A stretch of DNA of 64,000 nt, from NCBI GenBank assembly GCA_044892525.1, contig CM097887.1, forward strand, positions 119,142,397 through 119,206,396, in the 5' to 3' direction. Under the pieces are notes generated by a model. It was not told the DNA's origin. It was given only the letters and a program-made list of their open reading frames with translations, and did not search any database. The translations under genes were made by a program, and so were the position numbers. The DNA comes from Schmidtea polychroa. Its lineage: Eukaryota. Shown here in pieces: positions 10,198 through 20,520 of this stretch. How positions within the stretch are numbered: the first letter of the stretch is position 1; every line of letters begins with the position of its first letter.

Positions 10198-10608
10198 ATG
10201 TTGAATATGAAGAATGAGCAACCGTTATTTAAAGCAACTTATATTTTTCATGAGCATCAAATACATTTACTAGTCAATCCAATCAATTACAATTTGTTGA
10301 TTCCTGTTGAACTAGTGAAAACTAGTTACAATTACTGGATTGAAGAATTCTCTCAAGAAGATCAAGAAGCGATTACTACAATATTTGGACGAATCAACAA
10401 GCAACTTATAGTTAATGAAAATGGTTCATTCATAGGCGGTCCATCAACGAAATTTTATGATGAAGACGAGAATCAAATCCCATTTAAACCTAATGCTAAA
10501 TGGAATATGAAAATTCGCATTCAAGGTTATAAAATAGCGCCAAGTACAGCAATATTACCTATATGGAAAATTGTAAGTGGAAAATTGCAAAGAAATTATG
10601 TATGTTAA
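10198..10608 (+). CDS. Polinton accessory protein, possibly an OB-fold ssDNA-binding protein
   Basis: 136 aa. The C-terminal block MKIRIQGYK...ILPIWKIV is shared with ORF 16496-16693 in element B. The SSB assignment is resemblance only. Confidence 0.55.
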   Translation: MLNMKNEQPLFKATYIFHEHQIHLLVNPINYNLLIPVELVKTSYNYWIEEFSQEDQEAITTIFGRINKQLIVNENGSFIGGPSTKFYDEDENQIPFKPNAKWNMKIRIQGYKIAPSTAILPIWKIVSGKLQRNYVC

Positions 10609-10747
10609 TATCTTATGTTATTTTTATTAAATAAATGTTTCTGTTTAAAAATCGTGTTGTTATGATATCATAATTTGGTTGTCATAATAATATTTAAAAT
10701 TTAAAATAATCAATATAATTACCTAGAGTTATCCATTATTTTCAATA

Positions 10748-11083
10748 ATGTTAGTAAATAGTAATTACCGTCGAATAATGGGTTGCGAAAAACCTATTGA
10801 AAGCATACATTATAATATTAAAGATGTTCATCTTCAATCTTGTACAATTACTATTGATATCAAACAACTAATTAATTTGCAATATTTGTCAAAGAAAACA
10901 AAATGTGTATATGAACCAGAAATATTCCCGGGTTTGCGTCTCATATCTTATAACCCCTTGTGTGTAAACTTGTTTTCTAGTGGAAAAATAGTTGTACTTG
11001 GTTTAAAAACTTTAAATTATAATTGGATTGTCAACAAAATTATAAATGATGTAAATGATTTGATTGGTTCACAAAAACGATAA
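10748..11083 (+). CDS. Single-repeat TBP-like (TATA-binding fold) protein
   Basis: 111 aa. LQSCTITIDIKQLINLQYL..YEPEIFPGL..P..VNLFSSGKIVVLGLK aligns by eye with TBP repeat 2 (YEPELFPGL..LIFVSGK.V.TGAK). Only one repeat is present. Confidence 0.82.
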   Translation: MLVNSNYRRIMGCEKPIESIHYNIKDVHLQSCTITIDIKQLINLQYLSKKTKCVYEPEIFPGLRLISYNPLCVNLFSSGKIVVLGLKTLNYNWIVNKIINDVNDLIGSQKR

Positions 11084-11116
11084 ATATTGTACACTTTAAC
11101 ATTTGTTTCATTTATT

Positions 11117-11476
11117 ATGATGTCACAAGTTTCTGAAATCGGTAAATAAATATATTTTATTCTTAAACTTTTAAAATTATGTTTAGATTATCAAATAGAA
11201 ATTCTAATTAATAAAGTGTTTGAGATTTATCCTGAAATCAAAGATGAAATTATAAATTATGCTCCGGAAATTGCACCAGCCAAAATATTTCAGGCAACAG
11301 GGATTAACATAGAGCGCATTATTTTTCACCATAAATTTATGATGTATGGTTATGAAAAGCAAACTCAATTACTAAAAGATTCATGTTGTCAATATCAATG
11401 TCAAGAATGTATTACTTACAAAAGAAAACAAACAGTAAACATTCTACTCAACGAATTGTATAAATATTTCAAATAG
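11117..11476 (+). CDS. Small spliced accessory protein with Cys cluster (intron 11142-11186)
   Basis: ATG ATG TCA CAA GTT TCT GAA ATC G|gtaaat...tttag|AT TAT CAA joins in frame with ORF 11216-11476; contains CCQYQCQEC. Confidence 0.6.
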
Positions 11477-11826
11477 TTTTTAATAAATGTTTCATTGTTT
11501 TGAAAATTTAATTAGAAATAGTTAATATTTTTAAAATTGCGCGCGAAAAATAATTTTTAAAACCAAGATTCGAGATCTCTGATATGAATTACATATAAAA
11601 CAAAAACATTGGTATTAATATCTCTATTTATATTGGCTCTATATATTAATCAAATGAGTTTATTTAAACAAATATTCATAGTTGACGCAATAACAGTATA
11701 CATTTGAACAAAGATTTGAAATCTCCATTCAAAAATACTATAGAAAGCTGAAAGTCCCATCAAAATATGTAAATTTTACGATGCACTGTCATAAATAGAA
11801 TCGTTGAAAATATTTCAAAGTCCGTC

Positions 11827-13422
11827 GGACATAGCCGAATTTTTGAGAATTATCGATTGGTTTTACTTTTTCTTAATTCCTGAGAGAACCAAGAAATTTT
11901 TCGAGGATTTTATTTCGGAATCTTCTTAGTTGAATCAAGACGCAACTTTTTTGTTAAGGATGTCTCGACTAAATATACTTGGTTCCCAATGTTCCAAAAA
12001 TTATTCCTTAAAAACGTGAAATTTATATTGAAAAGAAATCTTTTCGTTGATTTTCTTATAAAATAATCTGTGTCGACAAATAACAAATCTTTTTTCGTGG
12101 AAAATGTCTGGGTGAAATCTTTAATGTAAGAAAGGCACATCTGACTAAATTTTGCACTTTTTGCACTTTTTGCACTTTTCACTTAAAAATCAATATATGC
12201 GCGATAACTCATCGATCAAACGCGCAATAACTCATCAGTAGGGGGGTGGGGGGTATATATGCGCGATAACTCATCGATCAAACGCGCAATAACTCATCAG
12301 TAGGGGGTGGGGGTATATATGCGCGATAACTCATCGATCAAACGCGCAATAACTCATCAATCAAAATCCGTGATAATTCATAATACATTCGGACATAGCC
12401 GAATTTTTGAGAATTATCGATTGATTTCACCTTTTCTTAATTCCTGAGAGAACCAAGAAACTTTTCGAGATCTTTATTAAAGAATCTTCTTAGTTGAATC
12501 AAGACGCAACTTTTTTGTTAAGGATGTCTCGACTAAATATACTTGGTTCCCAATGTTCCAAAAATTATTCCTTAGAAACGTGAAATTTATATTGAAAAGA
12601 AATCTTTTCGTTGATTTTCTTATAAATTAATCTGTGTCGACAAATAACAAATCTTTTTTCGTGGAAAATGTCTGGGTGAAATCTTTAATGTAAGAAAGGC
12701 ACATCTGACTAAATTTTGCACTTTTTGCACTTTTTGCACTTTTCACTTAAAAATCAATATATGCGCGATAACTCATCGATCAAACGCGCAATAACTCATC
12801 AGTAGGGGGGTGGGGGGTATATATGCGCGATAACTCATCGATCAAACGCGCAATAACTCATCAGTAGGGGGTGGGGGTATATATGCGCGATAACTCATCG
12901 ATCAAACGCGCAATAACTCATCAATCAAAATCCGTGATAATTCATAATACATTCGGACATAGCCGAATTTTTGAGAATTATCGATTGATTTTACCTTTTC
13001 TTAATTCCTGAGAGAACCAAGAAACTTTTCGAGATCTTTATTAAAGAATCTTCTTAGTTGAATCAAGACGCAACTTTTTTGTTAAGGATGTCTCGACTAA
13101 ATATACTTGGTTCCCAATGTTCCAAAAATTATTCCTTAGAAACGTGAAATTTATATTGAAAAGAAATCTTTTCGTTGATTTTCTTATAAATTAATCTGTG
13201 TCGACAAATAACAAATCTTTTTTCGTGGAAAATGTCTGGGTGAAATCTTTAATGTAAGAAAAGCACATCTGAATAAATTTTACACATTTTGCACATTTTG
13301 CACATTTTGCACATTGCACTTAAAAATCAATATATGCGCGATAACTCATCGATCAAACGCGCAATAACTTATCAGCAAGGGGGAGGGGGAGGGGGGGTTA
13401 TATATGCGCGATAACTCATACT
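11827..13422. repeat. 564-bp tandem repeat (~2.8 copies) with nested 60-62 bp G-run subrepeats at the putative terminus of element A
   Basis: GGACATAGCC at 11827, 12391 and 12955. Subrepeat GCGCGATAAC at 12199, 12261 and 12321, separated by GGGGG(G)TGGGGG(G). Confidence 0.95.
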
Positions 13423-14419
13423 GATTCATGGGGCTCACATCTACCTACTAATGTGATTTTTACTTTGCATTAATAAGTCAGTAGTTATCATTTAAAAGAA
13501 GAATGTTTTGTAAATTAGAATTCATTAGTCTTTCATTGTAATTTAAATTATTTTGAATTCCACGTGGTGATAAGTTGACAATTATTCATTTTTTGATGAA
13601 AATCAACATTTTTGTTAAATTTAAAAAGGTTTTTCTACTGATTGTAATTAAATATATTTTTGAAGATAGATAAAAAATTAATTTTAAAAAATACATTTCA
13701 TAAAATACAATAAAGAATATTTAGTAGTTAGTTGTAAGTATGTCTTTGTTTGAGAGTTAGTTAGTACGTGGTATCATGTTGTAAGTATTTGTTAGCACCT
13801 AGTTAAAAATATTTAATAACCGATTGTCGGTAACTGTTGAATTATTATTTTTATTATTATTATTCCATTAAAATTTGACATTGACTTTGAAAAATATTTC
13901 ATTGAAATTAACTTAAAAAATTAACTTAAAAATTATTTCATTAAAATTTTCATTAAAAATTAACTTAAAAAATTATTTCATTAAAATTTACTTTTAAAAT
14001 TAACTTAAAAAAAATTCCATTTAAATTTTCATTAAAAATTACATTTCTCAAAAAAGTAGGTGGTTATTCAAACTTTTGATAATAAATTTAAAAATCTTAC
14101 TTAAATTTACTTATTTAGCTTTAATTTTAAATTTTGAACCTTAATTTTTCTTAATTTATCCTTAATTTACCTAATTATTCTTTATTTCTTAATTTTACAC
14201 CATAATTTACTTAACAACTAAATATAATCCTTATTTTCATATTTAACCAATAATTTCATGTGGTCATTGATTAATTGACGAAGATTTGCATCTAAAATTA
14301 ACATTGAAAATCCCAGAAAACTTTCATCTTAAATTGACTTTAACTTTAATATTTTAGATCATTGATTAGTTAATTTAAAAATTAAACATTAATTTACCTA
14401 TTTAACCAATAATTTCATG

Positions 14420-15430
14420 TGGTCATCTAGTTGTAAGTGTTTGGTATCTAGTTGACAGTGCTTAGTACTAGGTAAGTTACTTGGTTGTTAGTACTTGGTT
14501 GATAATGCTTAGTACCTGGTTGATGTTGGTTGTAAGTACTGGGTAGGTGGTAGTTAGTTGTTAGTATCTAGTTGTAGGTACTTAGTTGATAATGCTTAGT
14601 ACCTGGTTGTTGTTGGTTGTTAGTACATGGTAGGTGGTAGCTAGTTGGTTGTAGGTACTTAGTAGTTGGTTAATAATGCTTAGTACCTGGTTGATGTTGG
14701 TTGTAAGTACTCGGTATCTGGTACCTAGTTGGTTGGTTGTTTTGGTTGTATGTACTTGGTAACAGGTAACTGGTTGTTAGTAACTAGTTGTAGGTTGTAA
14801 GTGTTTGGTATTTAGTTGACAGTGCTTAGTAGTTGGTTGTTGTTGGTTGTAGGTACTTGGTTTCAGGTAACTGGTTGTTAGTAACTAGTTGTAGGTATCT
14901 GGTTGTTGTTGGTTGTATGTACTTGGTAGGTGGTAGCTAGTTGGTTGTAGGTATCTAGTTGTAGGTATCTGGTTGGTTGCTTGTTTTTGGTTGTTAGTAC
15001 TTGTTAGATGGTTGTAGGTACTTAGTATCAGGTAACTAGTTGTTAGTAACTAGTTGTAGGTACTTGGTATCTGGTAATTTGTTGTAGGTACTTGGTATCT
15101 AGTTGACAGGGCTTAGTACTTGTTTTCTAGTTGTTAGTACTTGGTTGGTGGTAGCTAGTTGGTTGGTTGTAAGTACATAGTTGGTTGTAGGTACTTAGTA
15201 GTTGGTATCAGGTTGTTGTTATCTAGTTGTAGGTATCTGGTTGATGTTGGTTATAAGTAGTTGGTAGGTGGTTGTAGGTACGTAGTAGTTGGTTGTTGTC
15301 GGTTGTTATTATTTGGTATCTTGTATTTGGTATCAGGTAACTGGTTGTTAGTATCTAGTTGTAGGTATCTGGTTGCAAATACATGTTCGTAAGTTACTGG
15401 TTGTTGGTACTTAGTTGTTGGTTTGTTGTT
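14420..15430. repeat. G/T-skewed degenerate short-unit array
   Basis: Shuffled units such as TAGTTG, GGTTG, GTAGGTA(C/T)CT and CTTAGTA over ~1 kb; no long ORF; flanked on both sides by similar AT-rich blocks. Confidence 0.85.
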
Positions 15431-15689
15431 GAATTATTATTAAAATTTGTCTTTGAAAAATATTTCATAAAAATTTCCATCTAAAATTATTTTAAAAATT
15501 TCCATCTAAAATTATCATAGAAAAATATTTCATAAAAATTTCCATTAAAAATTAACTTAAAAAATTATTCCATAAAAATTTCCATTAAAAATTACCATTG
15601 AAAAATATTTTATTAAAATTTTCATTAAAAAATTTCAATTCTCAAACACCTTCTATTATTTCAACTTTTTGTTAATAAATTTTAAAATC

Positions 15690-16215
15690 TTACTTTAATT
15701 TACTTTAATTTACTTATTTAAAAAATTATTACTTTAATTTACTTATTTAATTTTAATTTTAATTTTTTACTTTGATTACTTAATTTTAAAATTTGGACCT
15801 TAATTAACTTTAATTTAATTTTTTAGAACCTTAATTTAGTTATTTGAGCCCATTCATTACTTTAATTTAATTTTTTAGGACCTTAATTTACTTTATTTTA
15901 ATTTTTTTAGAACCATTATTTACTTAATTTATAAATTTGAACCTTAATTTACTTAGTTGAGCCCTTATTTAACTTTAATTTTAAATTTTGAACCATTATT
16001 TACTTTAATTTAAAAATTTGAACCTTAATTTAGTTATTTGAGCCCATTCATTACTTTAATTCAAAAATCTTAGCCCATAATTTACTTATTTAGACCATAA
16101 TTTACTTTATTTCAAAAAAAATCTGAACCTTGATTTACTTAAATTTAATTTTTTAGACCCATCATTTACTTAAATTTAATTTTTAGAACCATTATTTACT
16201 TTAATTGAAAAATTT
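15690..16215. repeat. AT-rich degenerate tandem array
   Basis: Recurring TTACTTTAATTT...GAACC/GAGCCC units of roughly 35-45 bp. Confidence 0.7.
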
Positions 16216-16495
16216 ACTATGCGTTTTTAATGTAAACCACCTTTGCTATTGACATTCTCATGACCAAGGAGATCCCCTCACTATAGTCTGAAAAATCCAT
16301 GCTTTTTTATTGAAGACTACCTTTTTCTATTGAAATTCTCAGGACCAAGGAGAGCCACCCAAATAATATTTATCCTTGGCTTGTTTATTGAAAAAAAAAT
16401 TTTGTATTTAAAATCCCAGAAAACATTGGGCATTACGGCAACAATTATGTAATCAAAAATGTCTACGGAAAAAGTTATGCAATATTTTAGAATTA

Positions 16496-16693
16496 TTGTT
16501 GGCTATCAATAAAAATATTCAATTCAATGAAAACTTTACATTTATGAATTGTGCTAAAGATTATGCTTTAGAAAATATTAAAGAAGAAAATGAAAATTCA
16601 CATTTTATGATAAAAATTCAAATTCAGGGTTTTAAAGAAGGAAAAGAAACAATCAGCCCTATATGGAAAATAATTGATACTAATATATTATAA
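16496..16693 (+). pseudogene. Partial homolog of element-A ORF 10198-10608
   Basis: MIKIQIQGFKEGKETISPIWKII versus MKIRIQGYKIAPSTAILPIWKIV; no clear ATG start. Confidence 0.6.
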
Positions 16694-17422
16694 GTCTTTA
16701 TTTGTTTCTTATGTTATGGTATACATTATAATTTAATTAAAAATATTGCATTTAAAAAATTTTTTTTATTGATAAATTTAAATTGATTAAATAAAATAAT
16801 TAAATTTAAATAAAATCATAAATTATTATTATCTAATAAATTCAAAATTGTTTTAATTTTTACTTTGAGTAAATTAAATTAAATTCAAATTTGTAAACTA
16901 AATTAAAATGAAATATAATATTTAAATTAATATTAATTTAATTAAAATGAAAATATCTTTAAATACTGAAAAATATATATAATACTTACATTTTATCATG
17001 TTTGCATTAATTTTCTTGGAATTATTTCGAACCATTTTATCATTGTTGGTGTTTAAGTTTTTGTTGTTCATGTTATTTGAGTGGTTGCAAATCTTGCTAT
17101 TGACATTGTTCATGTTATTTGAGTTGTTGTAATTGTTGTTGTTGTTGCAATTCATTACCTAGAAAACATTATAAGAGAATTATTAATTAATTAATTACAT
17201 AAAACTTACAAAAGTTTGGGTATTGATAAAAGTGACTTTTAAATGAATAGTTTTCATTTATATACTACATATTACACAACAATGATTGAATAAAATAGTA
17301 ACCAATAAAATTCAAGAAACCAAACACGTAATCACATACCATTAAATTATATTTACTAGTAGGATGACATAAAAAATTACAAACTAACAAGATAATATTT
17401 ATTTGATTAAATTTTCTTATAT

Positions 17423-17807
17423 TCAAAGATCTTTCATTGACTTCAACCACGCTAAACAATGTTGCCCACATGTTTTTGTCAATGGACTTTGATAGCGAAT
17501 TTTATTATATTCAATTGGCATTAACAATGATTGAAGTTTTGATATTAATAGAGGAGGATAATAAAACCCCATGGGATCAAATGCATATATTTTTCCGGTT
17601 TCACATAAACTGCGAGCCAATGCTCTCCCATGAGATTACAAGATTGAGTATTTACAATTAAAGCCTTGTTTACATCAATATATGGTATTTTATCTAATGG
17701 AAAAACTCCAAGAAATTCAGCTCCGAACAATCTTCGACCTATGTATTCAATCTGAATAGAACTATTATCAATAAATTAAAGTAATAAAAATGAAATTCTT
17801 ACTTCAT
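17423..17807 (-). CDS. Adenain-like protease of element B, spliced (intron 17762-17802), 1-nt frameshift
   Basis: ATG AA|gtaag...aatag|T TCT ATT CAG gives MNSIQIEY. GEHWLAV, FDPMG and TCGQHC are present. Frame broken in an A5 run (plus-strand T 17590-17594). Confidence 0.85.
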
Positions 17808-17869
17808 TTTTAATAATTATTGTTTCCTAATTTGGTTTATAGTTCAAGCCAATCATTTTCAAACTTTAT

Positions 17870-19096
17870 TTACACTAGTACTGTACGATTGGATGTAATT
17901 TGAATCTCTTTTTCAAAGACGCCATAGACTATTACAGAAATTGATTCTGTTAGAGGTGTTCCAAATTTAATATCAAGTCTTAAATTTCCTTGCTGTGGCA
18001 ATTGACTTTGATTAAGATCAAAGTCTGGAGCCAATACAAATGTAAAGAATGGATACTTTTCTTTAAAGTCAGACATACTAATTCCACAATTAATATTCTT
18101 ATTAAGGTAACCCATGTTTCTAATTATTGACTGCATATAACTTGTACTATAATTATCATTTTCAAAATCTTGACTATATTTTTCACGATAGTCGCTTCCT
18201 TTCAATAAAGTTATTGATTTTACATTATTGTGGTCGTACATTGAATAAGAATTTGTTAGTGATCCATTATTTCTTTTATTTCTTTGAAATGTTACAAGGA
18301 TAAAATTTGGTAATCGCCGATCACCAAAGATTTGTTCTTTATAAAAAGAAGAAGATCCAGTAGGTAACGAAAATTCGACAACTTCCTTGCTTCTCAAAGG
18401 ATAAATTGCATTTCTTGAAGCAAGTCCAATTTGATGACCAGCTAAAACGGATGGTTCAACTCGAACTCTTCTTACCATTAATTTTGCATCTAATAATTCA
18501 ATTTTAGGTTCTACTTTTGTACATGTTAAACTATGTGATGGACTTGATCTCGTCAATTTAATTTGGACACTAACACCAGGTAATAAATATTTTGGTTGAT
18601 CCATAAAATCAAATTGTATTGGTGAACATAATGAAAATGGTTTAGATTTTGCAATCCACGCTTTTCTTATATTATCATCTTCACTGTACCTCATACCTTC
18701 TAAACATGTACGTTTTGTATCATGATTGTAATTTAATATGGTTTCGATTAATGCTTTATGAGCAAATGTATCATTTCCTCCTTCAACTTTAATAGAATTA
18801 AAAATTAATTCAGCTTCTTTAAAAAGAGTTTGGAAAAAGAAATTGTTTGCAGTTACAACAGAATCATCAGAAATATTTTCACCTACATTATTTACAACTT
18901 TCAACTGAAGATAAAGTAAAGTATCATTCAAATCTAAATATTCGGTTTGAGATCCGTTAATGTAAAATTGAATTGAAGAGGTACCAGTATCCGTAATTGA
19001 ATTCGTTGGATAAATATCTTCAAATGAACCATGTTCAATTACTGCTTGAGGTGATGGTCTATCAAAAATACATAATTCAGATTTTGCACTAATCAT
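17870..19096 (-). CDS. Polinton major capsid protein (element B)
   Basis: 408 aa, intact; same motifs as 1386-2615 but clearly diverged. Confidence 0.88.
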   Translation of the reverse strand: MISAKSELCIFDRPSPQAVIEHGSFEDIYPTNSITDTGTSSIQFYINGSQTEYLDLNDTLLYLQLKVVNNVGENISDDSVVTANNFFFQTLFKEAELIFNSIKVEGGNDTFAHKALIETILNYNHDTKRTCLEGMRYSEDDNIRKAWIAKSKPFSLCSPIQFDFMDQPKYLLPGVSVQIKLTRSSPSHSLTCTKVEPKIELLDAKLMVRRVRVEPSVLAGHQIGLASRNAIYPLRSKEVVEFSLPTGSSSFYKEQIFGDRRLPNFILVTFQRNKRNNGSLTNSYSMYDHNNVKSITLLKGSDYREKYSQDFENDNYSTSYMQSIIRNMGYLNKNINCGISMSDFKEKYPFFTFVLAPDFDLNQSQLPQQGNLRLDIKFGTPLTESISVIVYGVFEKEIQITSNRTVLV

Positions 19097-19494
19097 TTTT
19101 CGAATATAGTTCCAAAGCCTTTCATTCTTTTGTTTATATGCTTCTTTAATGTTTTTCTGCGTTTAATCATTCCACCTTTTTGTTCATTCTCTTGTTTATT
19201 TAAAACATCAAATACTTTATTAATTACAGTAGGCAAATGTTGAATTACATCAGGTAGTGAATGTTTAATTTCAGATAAAACATTTGATTTTAAAGCAGGT
19301 AGAATTTTTGAATTGTTATTTATTACATCATGTGCAGTTTTCATACCAAAATTACCTATGCGTCTAAGAATTGGTAAAGCAAATCGACCTATTGTTTTTA
19401 ACCAACCTGTTCCATATTGTTTACCAACAAAATATGGTAAATCTCCACCAGATTGACTTTTACTATAAAAGTTTACAATATCAGGATTATTCAT
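19093..19494 (-). CDS. Polinton basic core protein (element B)
   Basis: 133 aa; QSGGDLPYFVGKQYGTGWL..IGRFALPILRRIG; basic C-terminus. Confidence 0.7.
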   Translation of the reverse strand: MNNPDIVNFYSKSQSGGDLPYFVGKQYGTGWLKTIGRFALPILRRIGNFGMKTAHDVINNNSKILPALKSNVLSEIKHSLPDVIQHLPTVINKVFDVLNKQENEQKGGMIKRRKTLKKHINKRMKGFGTIFEK

Positions 19495-20515
19495 TTATTT
19501 TACGAAAATGTAGTGTTAAATGTGTTTTGGTGTCTTTTGAAAATTTAACTAAATTTCCACTATCGTTGCGAATATTAATTTCAATGTTGTTTATAGATGA
19601 AGATGAAATTGGAAGGTACATTGGGTTCTTTATTTCTAACTGTACTACCTCTCCCTGTTCATATCTTTTAATCCATATCGATTTTAATAGAGGAACTCTT
19701 ACATCACCAACATTTATTGGTTCAATGATATTAGAATAAATAAACATTTGTTGATGAATTTTAAATATTTTTGGAATTTTCACACCAACAAAGTCTTTTT
19801 CATTATAAGTTTGATTCTTTAATCCTAAAGCTTTTGTTAATTTTTGAACAAAGGTAATATTTGAAATATCTACAAGTGTTATTTTTACCAATTCTTGATT
19901 TTGAAGATGTATTTCTTTAAATGGAGATGGATTAATTGTCATTAAATATCCTCGCAACTCTGATAAAGTAGTTAAGAATAATTCATCTTCAAAATAATGT
20001 TCGAATTTTGTCTTGATATCGTAATTTATAGTTATCCCAATTTGTTCAATGATATTATTTTCAGTAAATTTAGGTAATTTAATTCGACAATGGTCAGTTT
20101 TGCTAATGATTGATATGGTTTTTAATTCAAACTTAGATGCAGGTTTGGTGTCAAGAAATGATATTTTAAATGGAACATGTGGACAAACTATCACTAGGTT
20201 TTCATATCTTTCCAAGAACACATCAACATCTGGATTATACGTAGAATTTAAAATTTCTAAGATTTTGTTTTGATTATCAATTTTCAAGTATTTAGTTTCT
20301 TCGCATGATTTTTTAAATTCGTATTGTACCCATGAATTACTGTAATACGGAAAATGATTATACACAAATGTAAAATCAATCAAAGCTACTTTCCACTTCC
20401 CATTCAAATAAATTGGGTTTTGAAATTCAACTTTAAAATTACTAGCATTATTATCAGGATAAATAAGAGTACAACTATTACTAGGTAAAATCATATAAAA
20501 CTGGTTTTCCTTCAT
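19487..20515 (-). CDS. Polinton minor capsid protein (element B)
   Basis: 342 aa; termini homologous to 10-1020, central region divergent. Confidence 0.8.
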   Translation of the reverse strand: MKENQFYMILPSNSCTLIYPDNNASNFKVEFQNPIYLNGKWKVALIDFTFVYNHFPYYSNSWVQYEFKKSCEETKYLKIDNQNKILEILNSTYNPDVDVFLERYENLVIVCPHVPFKISFLDTKPASKFELKTISIISKTDHCRIKLPKFTENNIIEQIGITINYDIKTKFEHYFEDELFLTTLSELRGYLMTINPSPFKEIHLQNQELVKITLVDISNITFVQKLTKALGLKNQTYNEKDFVGVKIPKIFKIHQQMFIYSNIIEPINVGDVRVPLLKSIWIKRYEQGEVVQLEIKNPMYLPISSSSINNIEINIRNDSGNLVKFSKDTKTHLTLHFRKINE

Positions 20516-20520
20516 AATAT

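Larger units (their letters stand above)
1..13422. mobile_element. Polinton/Maverick (adintovirus-like) element A, left part outside window
   Basis: Cluster of minor capsid, core, major capsid, adenain-like protease and pPolB genes. Putative terminus ...GCGCGATAACTCATACT ends at 13422 (reads 5'-AGTATGAGTTATC on the minus strand; Polinton ends begin with AG/AGT). Integrase and ATPase are not in the window. Confidence 0.9.

Noticed and set aside
11910-12182. 90 aa ORF in the 564-bp repeat
   Set aside because: GTG start, lies inside a tandem repeat, and is not preserved as the same ORF in the other units.
12190-13410. CRISPR-like look of the 60-bp repeats
   Set aside because: The intervening sequences are identical rather than unique spacers, there are no cas genes, and the context is eukaryotic.
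14420-15430. Telomeric array
   Set aside because: No regular TTAGGG or other fixed-period unit.
16922-17155. Asn-rich ORF
   Set aside because: Derived from an AAC/CAA microsatellite-like tract; the other frame has stops; no homolog in element A.
10-20515. A and B structural modules as arms of one giant inverted repeat
   Set aside because: The proteins are substantially diverged, with indels and a very different central minor-capsid region; they are two families.
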